A program made the translations under genes and the position numbers. Shown one piece after another: positions 13,937 through 22,997 of a stretch of 39,069 nucleotides of DNA. Under the pieces are notes generated by a model. It ran no database searches. It had not been told where the DNA came from and saw only the letters and a list, made by a program, of their open reading frames with translations. How positions within the stretch are numbered: the stretch's first letter is position 1; every line of letters starts with the position of its first letter. The stretch covers positions 1 to 39,069 of the forward strand of contig JAFLUQ010000004.1 of the NCBI GenBank assembly GCA_022508735.1, written 5' to 3'. The DNA is from Oscillospiraceae bacterium. GTDB taxonomy: Bacteria; Bacillota; Clostridia; UMGS1883.

Positions 13937-14448
13937 GTTTGATCCTTCTTTATTTTCTTATTGCGTACGATCTCAATGGCCTCTTTACCGGTCATGTGCT
14001 CGACGGTCATTTCCAGCATGCAGAGCCGATCATATTCCTTGTCTATTTCTGTATTCATATCTTCTTCGCTGCCCATAGGGTTATACCGCCGGGCAAGCAG
14101 CTCTATAGCGCGGCGCATTTCAGAGTCGTCGGTTATCTCGCGTATACGGCCGAATGCGATAACGCTGCGGAAAAGAGTTGTATACTTCTCCGGCACGACC
14201 TCGTCCTGAGCAATAACGCAGAATGAGGCCTTGTTACAATTTCGCACAGCATCCAGCTTGTGGCCGGACTTGGCACAGTGAAAATATATTTTTCCTCCAT
14301 TATATGTATAGCTCAGCGGCACGCCGTAGGGATAGCCTCCGTCGCCAAAAACGGACAGCACTCCCGAGGTGGCGCTCATGAGTATTTCCTCGGCGTCTGC
14401 ATCGGTAAGCTGCTGGGCCGAGCGCCGCATAGGGCGGAAGGTCGACAT
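13933..14448 (-). CDS. Pyridoxamine 5'-phosphate oxidase family protein (NimA-like flavin-binding split barrel), 171 aa
   Basis: MRRSAQQL...GVLSVFGDGGYPYGVPLSYTYNGGKIYFHCAKSGHKLDA is typical of the Pyridox_ox_2 family. GGAGGGG lies 6 nt upstream. The gene overlaps the desulfurase start by 4 nt. Confidence 0.75.
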   Translation of the reverse strand: MSTFRPMRRSAQQLTDADAEEILMSATSGVLSVFGDGGYPYGVPLSYTYNGGKIYFHCAKSGHKLDAVRNCNKASFCVIAQDEVVPEKYTTLFRSVIAFGRIREITDDSEMRRAIELLARRYNPMGSEEDMNTEIDKEYDRLCMLEMTVEHMTGKEAIEIVRNKKIKKDQT

Positions 14449-14460
14449 ACTGATCCCCTC

Positions 14461-16239
14461 CTAATTCAATTCATACTGGCTCGTACACAGTGAATAATAC
14501 GCGCCCTTCTTTGCCATGAGCTCTTCATGGGTACCGCTCTCGACTATTCTGCCGCCATCGATGTACATTATGCAGTCGGCTCCGCGGATAGTGGAGAGGC
14601 GGTGAGCGATAACAAAGCTTGTGCGTCCGGCAAGCAAGCGGTTAAGCCCCAGCTGAAGAGCCTGCTCGGTGCGGGTGTCGATAGACGAGGTGGCCTCGTC
14701 GAGGATAAGAATTCTCGGGTCAGCCAGAAGTGCGCGGGCAAAGCTGATGAGCTGGCGCTGGCCCACGCTCAGGCGGCTGCCGCGCTCGTTTACCTCGGTG
14801 TAGTATCCGTTTTCAAGGGTCTCGATAAACTCATGGGCGCAGACGGTCTTGGCCGCGGCGATAACCTCCTCGTCGGTGGCGTCAAGTCGGCCGTAGCGTA
14901 TGTTATCCATAACGGTGCCGCTGAAAATAAAGGTATCCTGCAGCATTACGCCCACCTGCGAGCGCAGGGAGTTAAGCGTATATTTTGTGATATTCTCGCC
15001 GTCAATGAGTATCTCGCCGCCCTGAATGTCGTAAAAGCGGCTGAGCAGATTGATTATCGTGGTCTTACCCGCGCCGGTGGGGCCTACGACGGCTATGGTC
15101 TGGCCCTTATCGGCCGAGAAGCTGAGTCCCTTAAGGATATCAACGCCCTCTTCATAGGCAAAGGTCACATTCTTAAAGTCAACACGGCCCTCAATGGGAG
15201 GCATTTCCACGGCTCCGGGCTTATCTGTCACAAGGGCGGGAGTATCCATCACCTCAAAAATGCGTTCAAGGTAGGCCGCTGTGTTGATGAGCTGATTGTA
15301 GTAGTTGCATAGCGACAGAACAGGCGTCCAGAACAGGTTTACATAACCCACAAAGGCCACCAGCGTACCGGCGGTTATCCCGCCGCCATTCAAAAGGTTC
15401 GCGCCGCCGATAAGGAACACGGCACAGGTGGTAATTGTGGATATAGTTTCAACCATGGGCCAGTTGCAGATGTCGATGATCTTTGCCTTCATATAGCTGG
15501 AGCGGACGTTTTCGCACTGGGTCTCAAATATCCGCTGATTTTCCTTTTCTCGGCTGAAGGACTGGGTAACCTTTATGCCGCAGATGCTCTCATGAATATA
15601 GGCGTTGAGGTTGCTCTGCTTGGCGCTGTAGTCCTGCCAGACGCGCCGCTGGCGGTTTTTCATGGCAAAGATTATGCCGCTGAAAACCACCACGCCGCAG
15701 AGCATGACAATACTCAGCTCAAGGCTGAGCGAGAACATCAGCAGCATCACGACGATAACCGTGAACAAATCGGTTATCAGGTTTATAAGTCCGCCGGTAA
15801 GGAGGTTATTTATGGAGTTAACATAGTTTATTACCCTCACCAATATCTTGCCGTGGGGGCGGCTGTCATAAAAGTCAAAGGGCAGCTCCTGCAAATGCTC
15901 GAATATATCCCTGCGCAAATTGGCAACGAGGTTCTGGCCCACGGTGGCCATGGCGCGCATGCGGAACTTCACGATTATGGCGTTGATAAGGTAGATAACA
16001 ACCAAAATTGCACCAAGAATCAGTATGCCGCGCATATCCCGCGCCGGGAGGCGCACGTCAATGGCCTCGCGGGTGATTATGGGCGCCAGCATATTCAGCA
16101 CGCTGGTCAGGAGCATAAGGCCGATGGTGAGCAGCATCAGCCACTTAAAGGGGATAAGATAGCGGGCCAGACGCTTAATATGGTCAAAGCTGAACTGACT
16201 TTCAAGTCTTTCGTCCACATCGAATTTATTTCTAGCCAT
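14461..16239 (-). CDS. ABC transporter ATP-binding/permease fusion protein (type I exporter half-transporter), 592 aa
   Basis: Six-TM exporter domain followed by an NBD with Walker A GPTGAGKTT, signature LSVGQRQ and Walker B ILILDEATS. Confidence 0.9.
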   Translation of the reverse strand: MARNKFDVDERLESQFSFDHIKRLARYLIPFKWLMLLTIGLMLLTSVLNMLAPIITREAIDVRLPARDMRGILILGAILVVIYLINAIIVKFRMRAMATVGQNLVANLRRDIFEHLQELPFDFYDSRPHGKILVRVINYVNSINNLLTGGLINLITDLFTVIVVMLLMFSLSLELSIVMLCGVVVFSGIIFAMKNRQRRVWQDYSAKQSNLNAYIHESICGIKVTQSFSREKENQRIFETQCENVRSSYMKAKIIDICNWPMVETISTITTCAVFLIGGANLLNGGGITAGTLVAFVGYVNLFWTPVLSLCNYYNQLINTAAYLERIFEVMDTPALVTDKPGAVEMPPIEGRVDFKNVTFAYEEGVDILKGLSFSADKGQTIAVVGPTGAGKTTIINLLSRFYDIQGGEILIDGENITKYTLNSLRSQVGVMLQDTFIFSGTVMDNIRYGRLDATDEEVIAAAKTVCAHEFIETLENGYYTEVNERGSRLSVGQRQLISFARALLADPRILILDEATSSIDTRTEQALQLGLNRLLAGRTSFVIAHRLSTIRGADCIMYIDGGRIVESGTHEELMAKKGAYYSLCTSQYELN

Positions 16240-17989
16240 TTAAAACGCCCCCTTTCGCGCCTATAGCGTCAAAGCTGCCGTACTGAGTGTCGTACACTTC
16301 TTTGTATCTGCCTCCTAATCGAAGCAGCTCCTCGTGAGTGCCGCGCTCGGCTATGCGGCCGTCCTCCATAACGAGAATGAGGTCGGCGTCCTTCACAGCG
16401 CTGATGCGGTGTGCTATAATAAAGGTGGTGCGGCTTTGTGAGAACTCTTTAAGAGTCCTCTGTATGTAATGCTCAGTCTCCATGTCCACACTGCTGGTAG
16501 TGTCGTCAAGAATGAGGATCGACGGATTTTTGAGTATGGCGCGGGCAAGGGCGATGCGCTGCTTCTGCCCGCCGGAGAGGCCCACTCCCCTCTCGCCGAT
16601 TATTGTGTCATACCCGTCGGGCATGGAGCGGATAAAGCCGTCGGCATCGGCCATCTTTGCGGCCTCGACGATTTCCTCCATGGGAGCGTCGGGCACACCG
16701 TAGGCGATATTGCCCTCGATGGTGTCAGAGAACAAGAAAATATCCTGCATGGCGATGGATATGCTTTGTCTCAGGCGGCGGAGGTTCAGGTGGCGCACGT
16801 CTACGCCGTCAACCTTGACGCTGCCGCTTGTGGCGTCATAGAACCGGCAGATAAGATTAGTCAGCGTGGATTTTCCGCTGCCGGTCTCGCCGATTATGGC
16901 CACTGTCTGGCCGGGCACGGCGGTGAAGCTTACGTCGCGGAGCACCTCCTCCTCGCCGTAGGAGAAGCTCACGTGGTCGAAGTCCACGCGGCCGTCAAAG
17001 CGGTCCTTTTCGGTATAGCCCTTTTCGGTGTGGATGACCGGCTTTTCAAGGGTGAATTCCATGATCTTTTCGCCGCTGGCCATGGCGTTCTGAGAGTCGT
17101 TGATGAGCCAGCCAACGTTGCGCATGGGGGTATTCAGCGCCCAGCTCATGGAGTTGAAGGTAACGAACTCACCGGGAGTCATGTCGCCGCGAACGACCAA
17201 AAAGCCGCCCACAACGAGCACGATCACGTTAAGAGAGTTGGCAAGAGTATCGAGGTACGGAATATGATTCTGCCAAATTCGGTTAGATTTGAGGTTGGCG
17301 TCACGGTATTCGAGGTTCGCGGCGTCAAATTTCTGCATTTCGTACTTTTCCCGCGCGAAGGCCTTTACCACGCGGTTGCCGGAAATATTCTCCTGCACAA
17401 CCGTATTGAGCATGCTGAGCCGCTGGCGGGCATTGCGGAAGGCCGGGCCTACCTTTGTGCCCATAGAGCGGGCAACGAAGGCTATGATCGGAGTGACGGC
17501 CAAAAGGCAGAGGGTAAGCTTCCAGTTGGTGAAGAAAAGTATGATAAGTGCCGAAAAGAACAGGCACACGTTCTCGAGTATTCCGTTCACGACCCAGGCC
17601 ACAAAGTGGCGCACGCTGTCGATATCGCCACTCATGCGGTTCATGATGTCGCCGGTACGGTTATGGTCAAAGAAGGGGAAGTCCAGCTTCTGGAGAGATT
17701 TGTACAGCTCCACGCGGATGTTGTAAACTATCCTCTGGCTGGTGCCCTCAAGAATGTAGTGGTCGATAATCCTGAAAATGTCCTTGAGCACAATGGACAA
17801 AAATATCAGCACCACAAGGATCATCAGCCGGTCTCTCATACCGTCATAGAACACCTCATCCACAATGCGGCCTGTCAGATAGGGTCGTACATTACTCAGC
17901 ACGGTGTTTATCATCGTCAGGCACAGGGCGAATATCGTACGCCCCAAATACGGCCTGATATAGCTGAATATCCATTTTAAAGTTTTCAT
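16232..17989 (-). CDS. ABC transporter ATP-binding/permease fusion protein, heterodimer partner, 585 aa
   Basis: Walker A GETGSGKST, signature LSGGQKQR, Walker B ILILDDTTS. An 8-nt overlap with the downstream half-transporter suggests translational coupling. Confidence 0.9.
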   Translation of the reverse strand: MKTLKWIFSYIRPYLGRTIFALCLTMINTVLSNVRPYLTGRIVDEVFYDGMRDRLMILVVLIFLSIVLKDIFRIIDHYILEGTSQRIVYNIRVELYKSLQKLDFPFFDHNRTGDIMNRMSGDIDSVRHFVAWVVNGILENVCLFFSALIILFFTNWKLTLCLLAVTPIIAFVARSMGTKVGPAFRNARQRLSMLNTVVQENISGNRVVKAFAREKYEMQKFDAANLEYRDANLKSNRIWQNHIPYLDTLANSLNVIVLVVGGFLVVRGDMTPGEFVTFNSMSWALNTPMRNVGWLINDSQNAMASGEKIMEFTLEKPVIHTEKGYTEKDRFDGRVDFDHVSFSYGEEEVLRDVSFTAVPGQTVAIIGETGSGKSTLTNLICRFYDATSGSVKVDGVDVRHLNLRRLRQSISIAMQDIFLFSDTIEGNIAYGVPDAPMEEIVEAAKMADADGFIRSMPDGYDTIIGERGVGLSGGQKQRIALARAILKNPSILILDDTTSSVDMETEHYIQRTLKEFSQSRTTFIIAHRISAVKDADLILVMEDGRIAERGTHEELLRLGGRYKEVYDTQYGSFDAIGAKGGVLNG

Positions 17990-18048
17990 TGAATATCAAG
18001 TCCTTTACATGTTATTGTAAGACTTTTTCAATTTCCCGTTTTTTTGAT

Positions 18049-20226
18049 CTATACTAGCGTAAGCTGTTCACTGGCTCCGTCCTCGCCCTTCAGATAGTAG
18101 CCCGACGAGGGCAGACTTTTAGCCCGATAGCTATCGGGGGTCTTGAGGGCATCCTCCGGCAGGAACATGGCCTTTAAGAGGCTCTTGCGCCGAAGGGTCA
18201 GAATCTGCACACCCTGCGCTGTGCGGCTGGTCTTGGTGAGGATATTGGCGGTGTTGAACACCACGCACTTGTCGATAGTGCTGATAAGCGCCACATCCCG
18301 CTCCTCGGGGATATACAGGCAGCCGATAAGATTTCCGCTGCCGTAGGCGCCGGTCAGGCGCTTGCGGTTGGTCTTGGTGGCGTAGCTGTTCATATCTATT
18401 TTGGCGACCTTGCCGCTGTCGAAGGCAAAGAGCATGAAGCCCTTGTAGTCGTATGCCGGAGTGGCGAAAACTATTCTCTCTCCCTCCTCCATGCCGAGGA
18501 TATTGGGCAGATAGTCTCCCATGACGGAGAGCTTGGAATCGCCGAAGGCGCTTAGCCGCATCTTGTAGCAGTTACGCTGATCGGAGAAGAACAGTATATC
18601 CTGAGCGTTGCCGGTCTCGGCCTCGCAGATAACCGCGTCGCCCTCCTTGAGCTTTTGTGTTCCGCCGTTACGAAGAGCTGTCAGCGGTATCTTTTTGAAG
18701 TAGTTTTCCTTCGTCATAAACACCTTAACGCGGTAGTCCTCAACCTTTTCCTCCTCGACCGGGGCGACAGTGACCTCATGAGCGGCAATTATTTCTGTCT
18801 TACGCGGCTTGCCGTATTTCTTGGCGATCTCCTTCAGCTGATTTATGATGACCCTGTGTATCAGCTTGTCGCTCTCAGCGGTGCGGCGCAGCTCGGCAAT
18901 ATCGCCCACCAGACTTTCGATCTCCGCAGTGCGCTTTAAAATATAGTCCTTGTTCAGATTGCGCAGCTTGATCTCCGCCACGAACTCGGCCTGTATTTTA
19001 TCGATGTCGAAGCCCTCCATGAGGTTTGGCACTACCATGGAGTCGTCGGGGGTATTTCGCACGATACGTATGGCCTTGTCAATATCAAGAAGTATTTTTT
19101 CAAGACCTCTCAAAAGGTGCAGCCTGGCCTCCTTGTTTTCCGCGTCGAATATGCACATGCGGCGGATGCTCTCGGTTCGGAAGTCGGTCCACTCCTTAAG
19201 TATCTCTTTGATACCCATGACGCGGGGTTCGCCGTCAATGAGAATATTGAAGTTGCAGCCGAAGCTGTCTTCAAGGGTGGTCTTGTCGTAGAGCTTGGCC
19301 ATGAGCTTATCCGGGTCAGTTCCGCGCTTAAGGTCAATGGTCAGGCGAAGGCCGCCCAGATCTGTCTCATCGCGAACGTCGTTTATCTCGCGGATCTTGC
19401 CGGACTTCATCAGCTCGGCTATTTTTTCGATTATTACCTCCACGGCCGTGGTATAGGGGATCTCTGTTATCTCTATGGTATTGCTCTTTTTCTCATATAC
19501 GTACTTTCCGCGCACCTTAAGGCTGCCGAGGCCTGTCTCGTAAACCTGCGCCCATGCCTCGGGGTTCTCTATGAGCTGCCCGCCGGTGGAAAAGTCGGGG
19601 CCAAGGATGTATTCCCTCAGGTCAGCCTTGTTGTCTTTGAGATAAGCTATGGTCGCGTCGCATACCTCTTTCAGGTTAAAGGAGCAGATCTTGCTGCCCA
19701 TGCCGACGGCTATGCCCATATTTGGGCTTACAAGGATATTCGGGAAGGCCGTTGGCAGAAGCACCGGCTCCTGAAGAGTTCCGTCATAGTTATCGATAAA
19801 GTCCACGGTGTTTTTCTCTATATCGCGGAATATCTCCTCACAGATAGGGGCCAGCTTGGCCTCAGTATATCTGGAGGCGGCGTAAGCCATGTCGCGGCTG
19901 TACTGCTTGCCGAAATTGCCCTTGGAGTCCACAAATGGGTGAAGCAGAGCCTCGTTGCCCTCTGTAAGGCGCACCATAGTCTCGTAAATAGCCGCGTCGC
20001 CGTGGGGATTGAGCTTCATAGTCTCGCCCACGATCGTGGCGCTCTTTGTACGCTTGCCGCGGAGCAGACCGCGCTTATACATCATAAAGAGCAGCTTCCG
20101 GTGAGCCGGCTTAAAGCCGTCGATCTCGGGAATGGCTCGGGAACGGATAACGCTCATGGTATAGGGCATATAATTTTTTTCAAGAGTCTCGGTTATTTTT
20201 TCGGGGGTCGCATAGTGCATGGGCAT
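18049..20226 (-). CDS. parC: DNA gyrase/topoisomerase IV subunit A family protein (short ParC-like form, 725 aa)
   Basis: N-terminal YMPYTMSVIRSRAIPEIDGFKPAHRKLL. Catalytic Tyr region YAASRYTEAKL. GGAGG lies 7 nt upstream. No B-subunit gene is adjacent. Confidence 0.8.
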   Translation of the reverse strand: MPMHYATPEKITETLEKNYMPYTMSVIRSRAIPEIDGFKPAHRKLLFMMYKRGLLRGKRTKSATIVGETMKLNPHGDAAIYETMVRLTEGNEALLHPFVDSKGNFGKQYSRDMAYAASRYTEAKLAPICEEIFRDIEKNTVDFIDNYDGTLQEPVLLPTAFPNILVSPNMGIAVGMGSKICSFNLKEVCDATIAYLKDNKADLREYILGPDFSTGGQLIENPEAWAQVYETGLGSLKVRGKYVYEKKSNTIEITEIPYTTAVEVIIEKIAELMKSGKIREINDVRDETDLGGLRLTIDLKRGTDPDKLMAKLYDKTTLEDSFGCNFNILIDGEPRVMGIKEILKEWTDFRTESIRRMCIFDAENKEARLHLLRGLEKILLDIDKAIRIVRNTPDDSMVVPNLMEGFDIDKIQAEFVAEIKLRNLNKDYILKRTAEIESLVGDIAELRRTAESDKLIHRVIINQLKEIAKKYGKPRKTEIIAAHEVTVAPVEEEKVEDYRVKVFMTKENYFKKIPLTALRNGGTQKLKEGDAVICEAETGNAQDILFFSDQRNCYKMRLSAFGDSKLSVMGDYLPNILGMEEGERIVFATPAYDYKGFMLFAFDSGKVAKIDMNSYATKTNRKRLTGAYGSGNLIGCLYIPEERDVALISTIDKCVVFNTANILTKTSRTAQGVQILTLRRKSLLKAMFLPEDALKTPDSYRAKSLPSSGYYLKGEDGASEQLTLV

Positions 20227-20318
20227 AACTTTACCTCCTGTGTTTGCCTATTTTTCCTAAAATATTATGATATCATATTATAGCGTGTTTGTCCAGTAAA
20301 AATTTATATATTTTGAGA

Positions 20319-20347
20319 TTGAATTTTTCATAAATATGTGGTAGAAT
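20319..20347 (+). promoter_or_regulatory. Sigma-A promoter (extended -10) for yqeG and aroE/aroK
   Basis: TTGAAT (20319-20324), a 17-nt spacer ending in TGg, then TAGAAT (20342-20347). Confidence 0.5.
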
Positions 20348-20373
20348 AAAGAAAAAACAGTTCGGAGTAAACA

Positions 20374-20889
20374 ATGAAAAACCTCTTTCCCGACGACTAC
20401 AAAAGCTCAATACTGGAGATAACGCCCGAGTATCTGAAAAAGCGAAAACTAAGGGGCGTTATTCTTGATATAGACAACACACTCATCGGTCACAACGTGC
20501 CGCTGCCGGACGAAAAGGTCAGCGCCCTGTTAGAGGAGTACCGGAGGGCCGGTATCGGTATGTGCGTGGTGTCGAACAACCGCCCTGAGAGGGTGGCTCC
20601 TTTTTGCGAAAAGATAGGTGTGCCTGACTTTGTTGCAGACGCTCTAAAGCCCGCAGCCAAAGGCTACATAAAAGCCGCCGAGGTGCTTGGCCTTCGCCCG
20701 GAGGAGACGGCAGCCATCGGCGATCAGATCTTCACCGATGTCTGGGGCGCAAGGCGCGCCGGCTGCTTCGCCGTCTTGCTTAAGCCCATTCACAAAGGCG
20801 GAGAGGGCGCGTTCATAGCCTTTAAAAGAATACTTGAAATACCCATACTTTGCTTAGTAAAGGCACATTTCAGACCCCCTAACTCCTAA
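20374..20889 (+). CDS. yqeG: YqeG-family HAD-IIIA phosphatase, 171 aa
   Basis: GVILDIDNTL (the HAD motif I DxD) and VVSNN...IGDQIFTDV. It shows conserved synteny with aroE. Confidence 0.85.
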   Translation: MKNLFPDDYKSSILEITPEYLKKRKLRGVILDIDNTLIGHNVPLPDEKVSALLEEYRRAGIGMCVVSNNRPERVAPFCEKIGVPDFVADALKPAAKGYIKAAEVLGLRPEETAAIGDQIFTDVWGARRAGCFAVLLKPIHKGGEGAFIAFKRILEIPILCLVKAHFRPPNS

Positions 20890-20911
20890 CTGTAATCATG
20901 GAGGTATCACA

Positions 20912-22243
20912 ATGAATATAACTGCAAAAACGGTGCCGCTTGGCGTGATCGGAAGCCCCATATCGCACTCGGTTTCGCCGGAGATGCACAATTTCCTGCT
21001 CGACAAGCTGGAGCTGAATTATTTTTACGCCGCATATCCGGTTCCGCCGGAGAGCCTCGACGCGGCCTTCGCCGGCGTGAAAGCGCTGGGAATACGCGGG
21101 CTGAACGTTACCGTACCCCACAAAGAAGGGGCATATCGCCTCTGCGACCGCCTTGACCCTTATGCCGCGGAGATAGGTGCGGTGAACACTGTAGTAAACG
21201 ACAACGGCCGCCTCTCTGGCTACAACACAGACGCACCCGGCTTTATCAAGAGCATTGCCCGTGAGGGTGTGGACCCTGCCGGGAAAAAGGCCGTACTTTT
21301 GGGAGCGGGAGGCGCCGCGAGAGGCGTGGCCTCGGCTCTGCTAAGAGCCGGAGTGGCCGAGCTCAGGATCATAAACCGCACCCGAGACAGGGCCGAAAGG
21401 CTGGCCGGAGAGCTTAATGCCCTCTACCCCGGAAAGGTGAAGGCGGCTGGTACCGCCGAGGGCGCGGAGCTGCTCATAAACACCACCTCTGCAGGTATGA
21501 AGAACAGCGAGAGCCCTTTCTCGGACTACGGTGTTCTATCGCCCGACTGCGTAGTCTGCGACATAGTATACTGCCCCAGAGAAACTGTTTTCCTGAAGGG
21601 CGCCAAGGCCGCCGGCCTCCGCACCGTGGGTGGCATCGGTATGCTCATATACCAGGCGGTCATAGCCTTTGAGCTTTTCACCGGAGTGCGCCCCGGCGAG
21701 GAGGAGATCGAGCAGCTATTCCGCCGCATGGAGATGAAGAAGTCCATCGCCCTGACGGGCTTCATGGGCTGCGGCAAGAGCGCCATAGGCCGTGAGCTTG
21801 CACAGATGAGCGCCGCGGAATACATCGACTGTGACGACTACATAGTAGAAAAGGCCGGAAAATCCATACCCGAAATTTTCGCCGAGGTAGGTGAAGCGGG
21901 CTTTCGAGATCTGGAAAGCCGCTGCATAGCCGAGCTCAGCGAGAAAAACGGCTGCGTGTTTTCATTGGGCGGCGGCGCGGTGCTCCGCCGTGAGAACATA
22001 GATCTGCTGCGCAAAAGCTGCAATGTGGTGCGCATAAAGGCGAGTGTGGAGAAAATACTCCGCAACACCGCCGGAGACACTAACCGCCCGCTTCTTAACG
22101 GCAAGACTCCCGAGCAGGTGACAGAGCTGCTTGCGGCCCGCGAGCCATACTATGAGAACTGCGACTTTACCGTGGACGTGACCCATACCTACCCCAATCA
22201 GTCCGCCCGCATAATTCTCGACAAAATCACGGAAAAGGCTTGA
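20912..22243 (+). CDS. aroE: Fused shikimate dehydrogenase (AroE) / shikimate kinase (AroK), 443 aa
   Basis: The N-terminal roughly 280 aa carry VIGSPISHSVSPEMHN, NVTVPHK and GAGGAARG (AroE). The C-terminal roughly 160 aa carry the P-loop GFMGCGKS plus FRDLE and GGGAV (AroK). A single uninterrupted frame covers both. Confidence 0.85.
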   Translation: MNITAKTVPLGVIGSPISHSVSPEMHNFLLDKLELNYFYAAYPVPPESLDAAFAGVKALGIRGLNVTVPHKEGAYRLCDRLDPYAAEIGAVNTVVNDNGRLSGYNTDAPGFIKSIAREGVDPAGKKAVLLGAGGAARGVASALLRAGVAELRIINRTRDRAERLAGELNALYPGKVKAAGTAEGAELLINTTSAGMKNSESPFSDYGVLSPDCVVCDIVYCPRETVFLKGAKAAGLRTVGGIGMLIYQAVIAFELFTGVRPGEEEIEQLFRRMEMKKSIALTGFMGCGKSAIGRELAQMSAAEYIDCDDYIVEKAGKSIPEIFAEVGEAGFRDLESRCIAELSEKNGCVFSLGGGAVLRRENIDLLRKSCNVVRIKASVEKILRNTAGDTNRPLLNGKTPEQVTELLAAREPYYENCDFTVDVTHTYPNQSARIILDKITEKA

Positions 22244-22268
22244 CAAAGCCGCATATATATGGTAATAT
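22240..22268 (+). promoter_or_regulatory. Sigma-A promoter for the riboswitch-folT-folC unit
   Basis: TTGACA (22240-22245), a 17-nt spacer, then TAATAT (22263-22268). Confidence 0.6.
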
Positions 22269-22271
22269 CTT

Positions 22272-22395
22272 TCTTGCAAAGTAGGATCACGCGCGTTAAG
22301 TGAGAGAGGGACGGGAAGTTGCCCTCTCTACGAAAGACTGAGGTCAAATTTTACTTCGTCTGCGGTGCGTGCTCCGCATTCCGTTGCTACGAGAA
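22272..22395 (+). promoter_or_regulatory. THF (tetrahydrofolate) riboswitch aptamer, THF-I class
   Basis: AGUAGGAUCACGCGCGUUAAGUGAGAGAGGGACGGGAAGUUGCCCUCUCUACGAAAG...GCGGUGCGUGCUCCGCAUUCCG aligns segment by segment with the THF-I aptamer as I recall it: ..CGCGUUAAGUG-hairpin-A(U/C)GGGA(U/A)GU(C/U)G-hairpin-ACGAAG...GCGGUG...GCAUCCG. It sits upstream of a folate ECF S-component gene. Confidence 0.85.
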
Positions 22396-22406
22396 GAATA
22401 TTGACC

Positions 22407-22453
22407 CACTATCCTTTTTGTAGTAATATTTACAGAAAGGATAGTGTTGTTTT
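22407..22453 (+). terminator. Riboswitch expression platform: terminator-like hairpin that also sequesters the folT SD
   Basis: CACTATCCTTTTTGTA / TACAGAAAGGATAGTG forms a 16-bp stem with one G:U pair and an 8-nt loop, followed by TTGTTTT that runs into the ATG at 22454. The AAAGGA SD lies in the 3' arm. Confidence 0.65.
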
Positions 22454-22972
22454 ATGCAAAAAAAACCGCAAATTTCCACCAAAATAATTGTGACCGTGGG
22501 TGTGCTCACAGCCCTCAGCGTGCTTTTCCGCCTCTTTCTGGGCTATCCGCAGACCGGGAACACCCGCTATGATCTGGGCTTTCTTCCGATCGCTGCCGTA
22601 GGGCAGATGTTCGGCGCACTCTGGGGCGGAGTCAGTTATGTGCTGGCGGATTTGGTTGGCACCTTTTTCACGGGGCAGTCTCCCTACCCTCCCATCACGC
22701 TGTGCAAATTCCTGTTTGGCGCCATATTCGGCCTTTATTTCTATGGGCGCAGGCTCTCGTTATCGAGAATACTCTTCTGCGTGCTGACCATATCCGTGGT
22801 CGTAGACCTCATCGCCATGCCTTTTGCCCTCTCCCCCCTTATGGGCGTGGGCGCTTATGCCATACTCGTGCAGCGGCTGGTTCAGGTGGCAGTTATGTTT
22901 CCGGTGCGCACCGTTTCTATCTGGCTGATGGACAGATACATCGGAAGGTATTATATGGAAAAATACAAATAA
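22454..22972 (+). CDS. folT: ECF transporter S component, folate family (FolT-like), 172 aa
   Basis: Multi-TM protein of S-component size and layout (KIIVTVGVLTALSVLFRLF...). It lies downstream of a THF riboswitch and upstream of folC. Confidence 0.75.
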   Translation: MQKKPQISTKIIVTVGVLTALSVLFRLFLGYPQTGNTRYDLGFLPIAAVGQMFGALWGGVSYVLADLVGTFFTGQSPYPPITLCKFLFGAIFGLYFYGRRLSLSRILFCVLTISVVVDLIAMPFALSPLMGVGAYAILVQRLVQVAVMFPVRTVSIWLMDRYIGRYYMEKYK

Positions 22973-22997
22973 AAACTATTTCAAGGAGATGAGCCGA

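Noticed and set aside
20255-20280. An AT-rich imperfect palindrome centred on GATATC (TATGATATCATA core) in the parC/yqeG divergent region, considered as a possible operator.
   Set aside because: Only 12 nt pair perfectly, in a very AT-rich promoter region where such symmetry is expected by chance. There is no second copy and no cognate regulator nearby.
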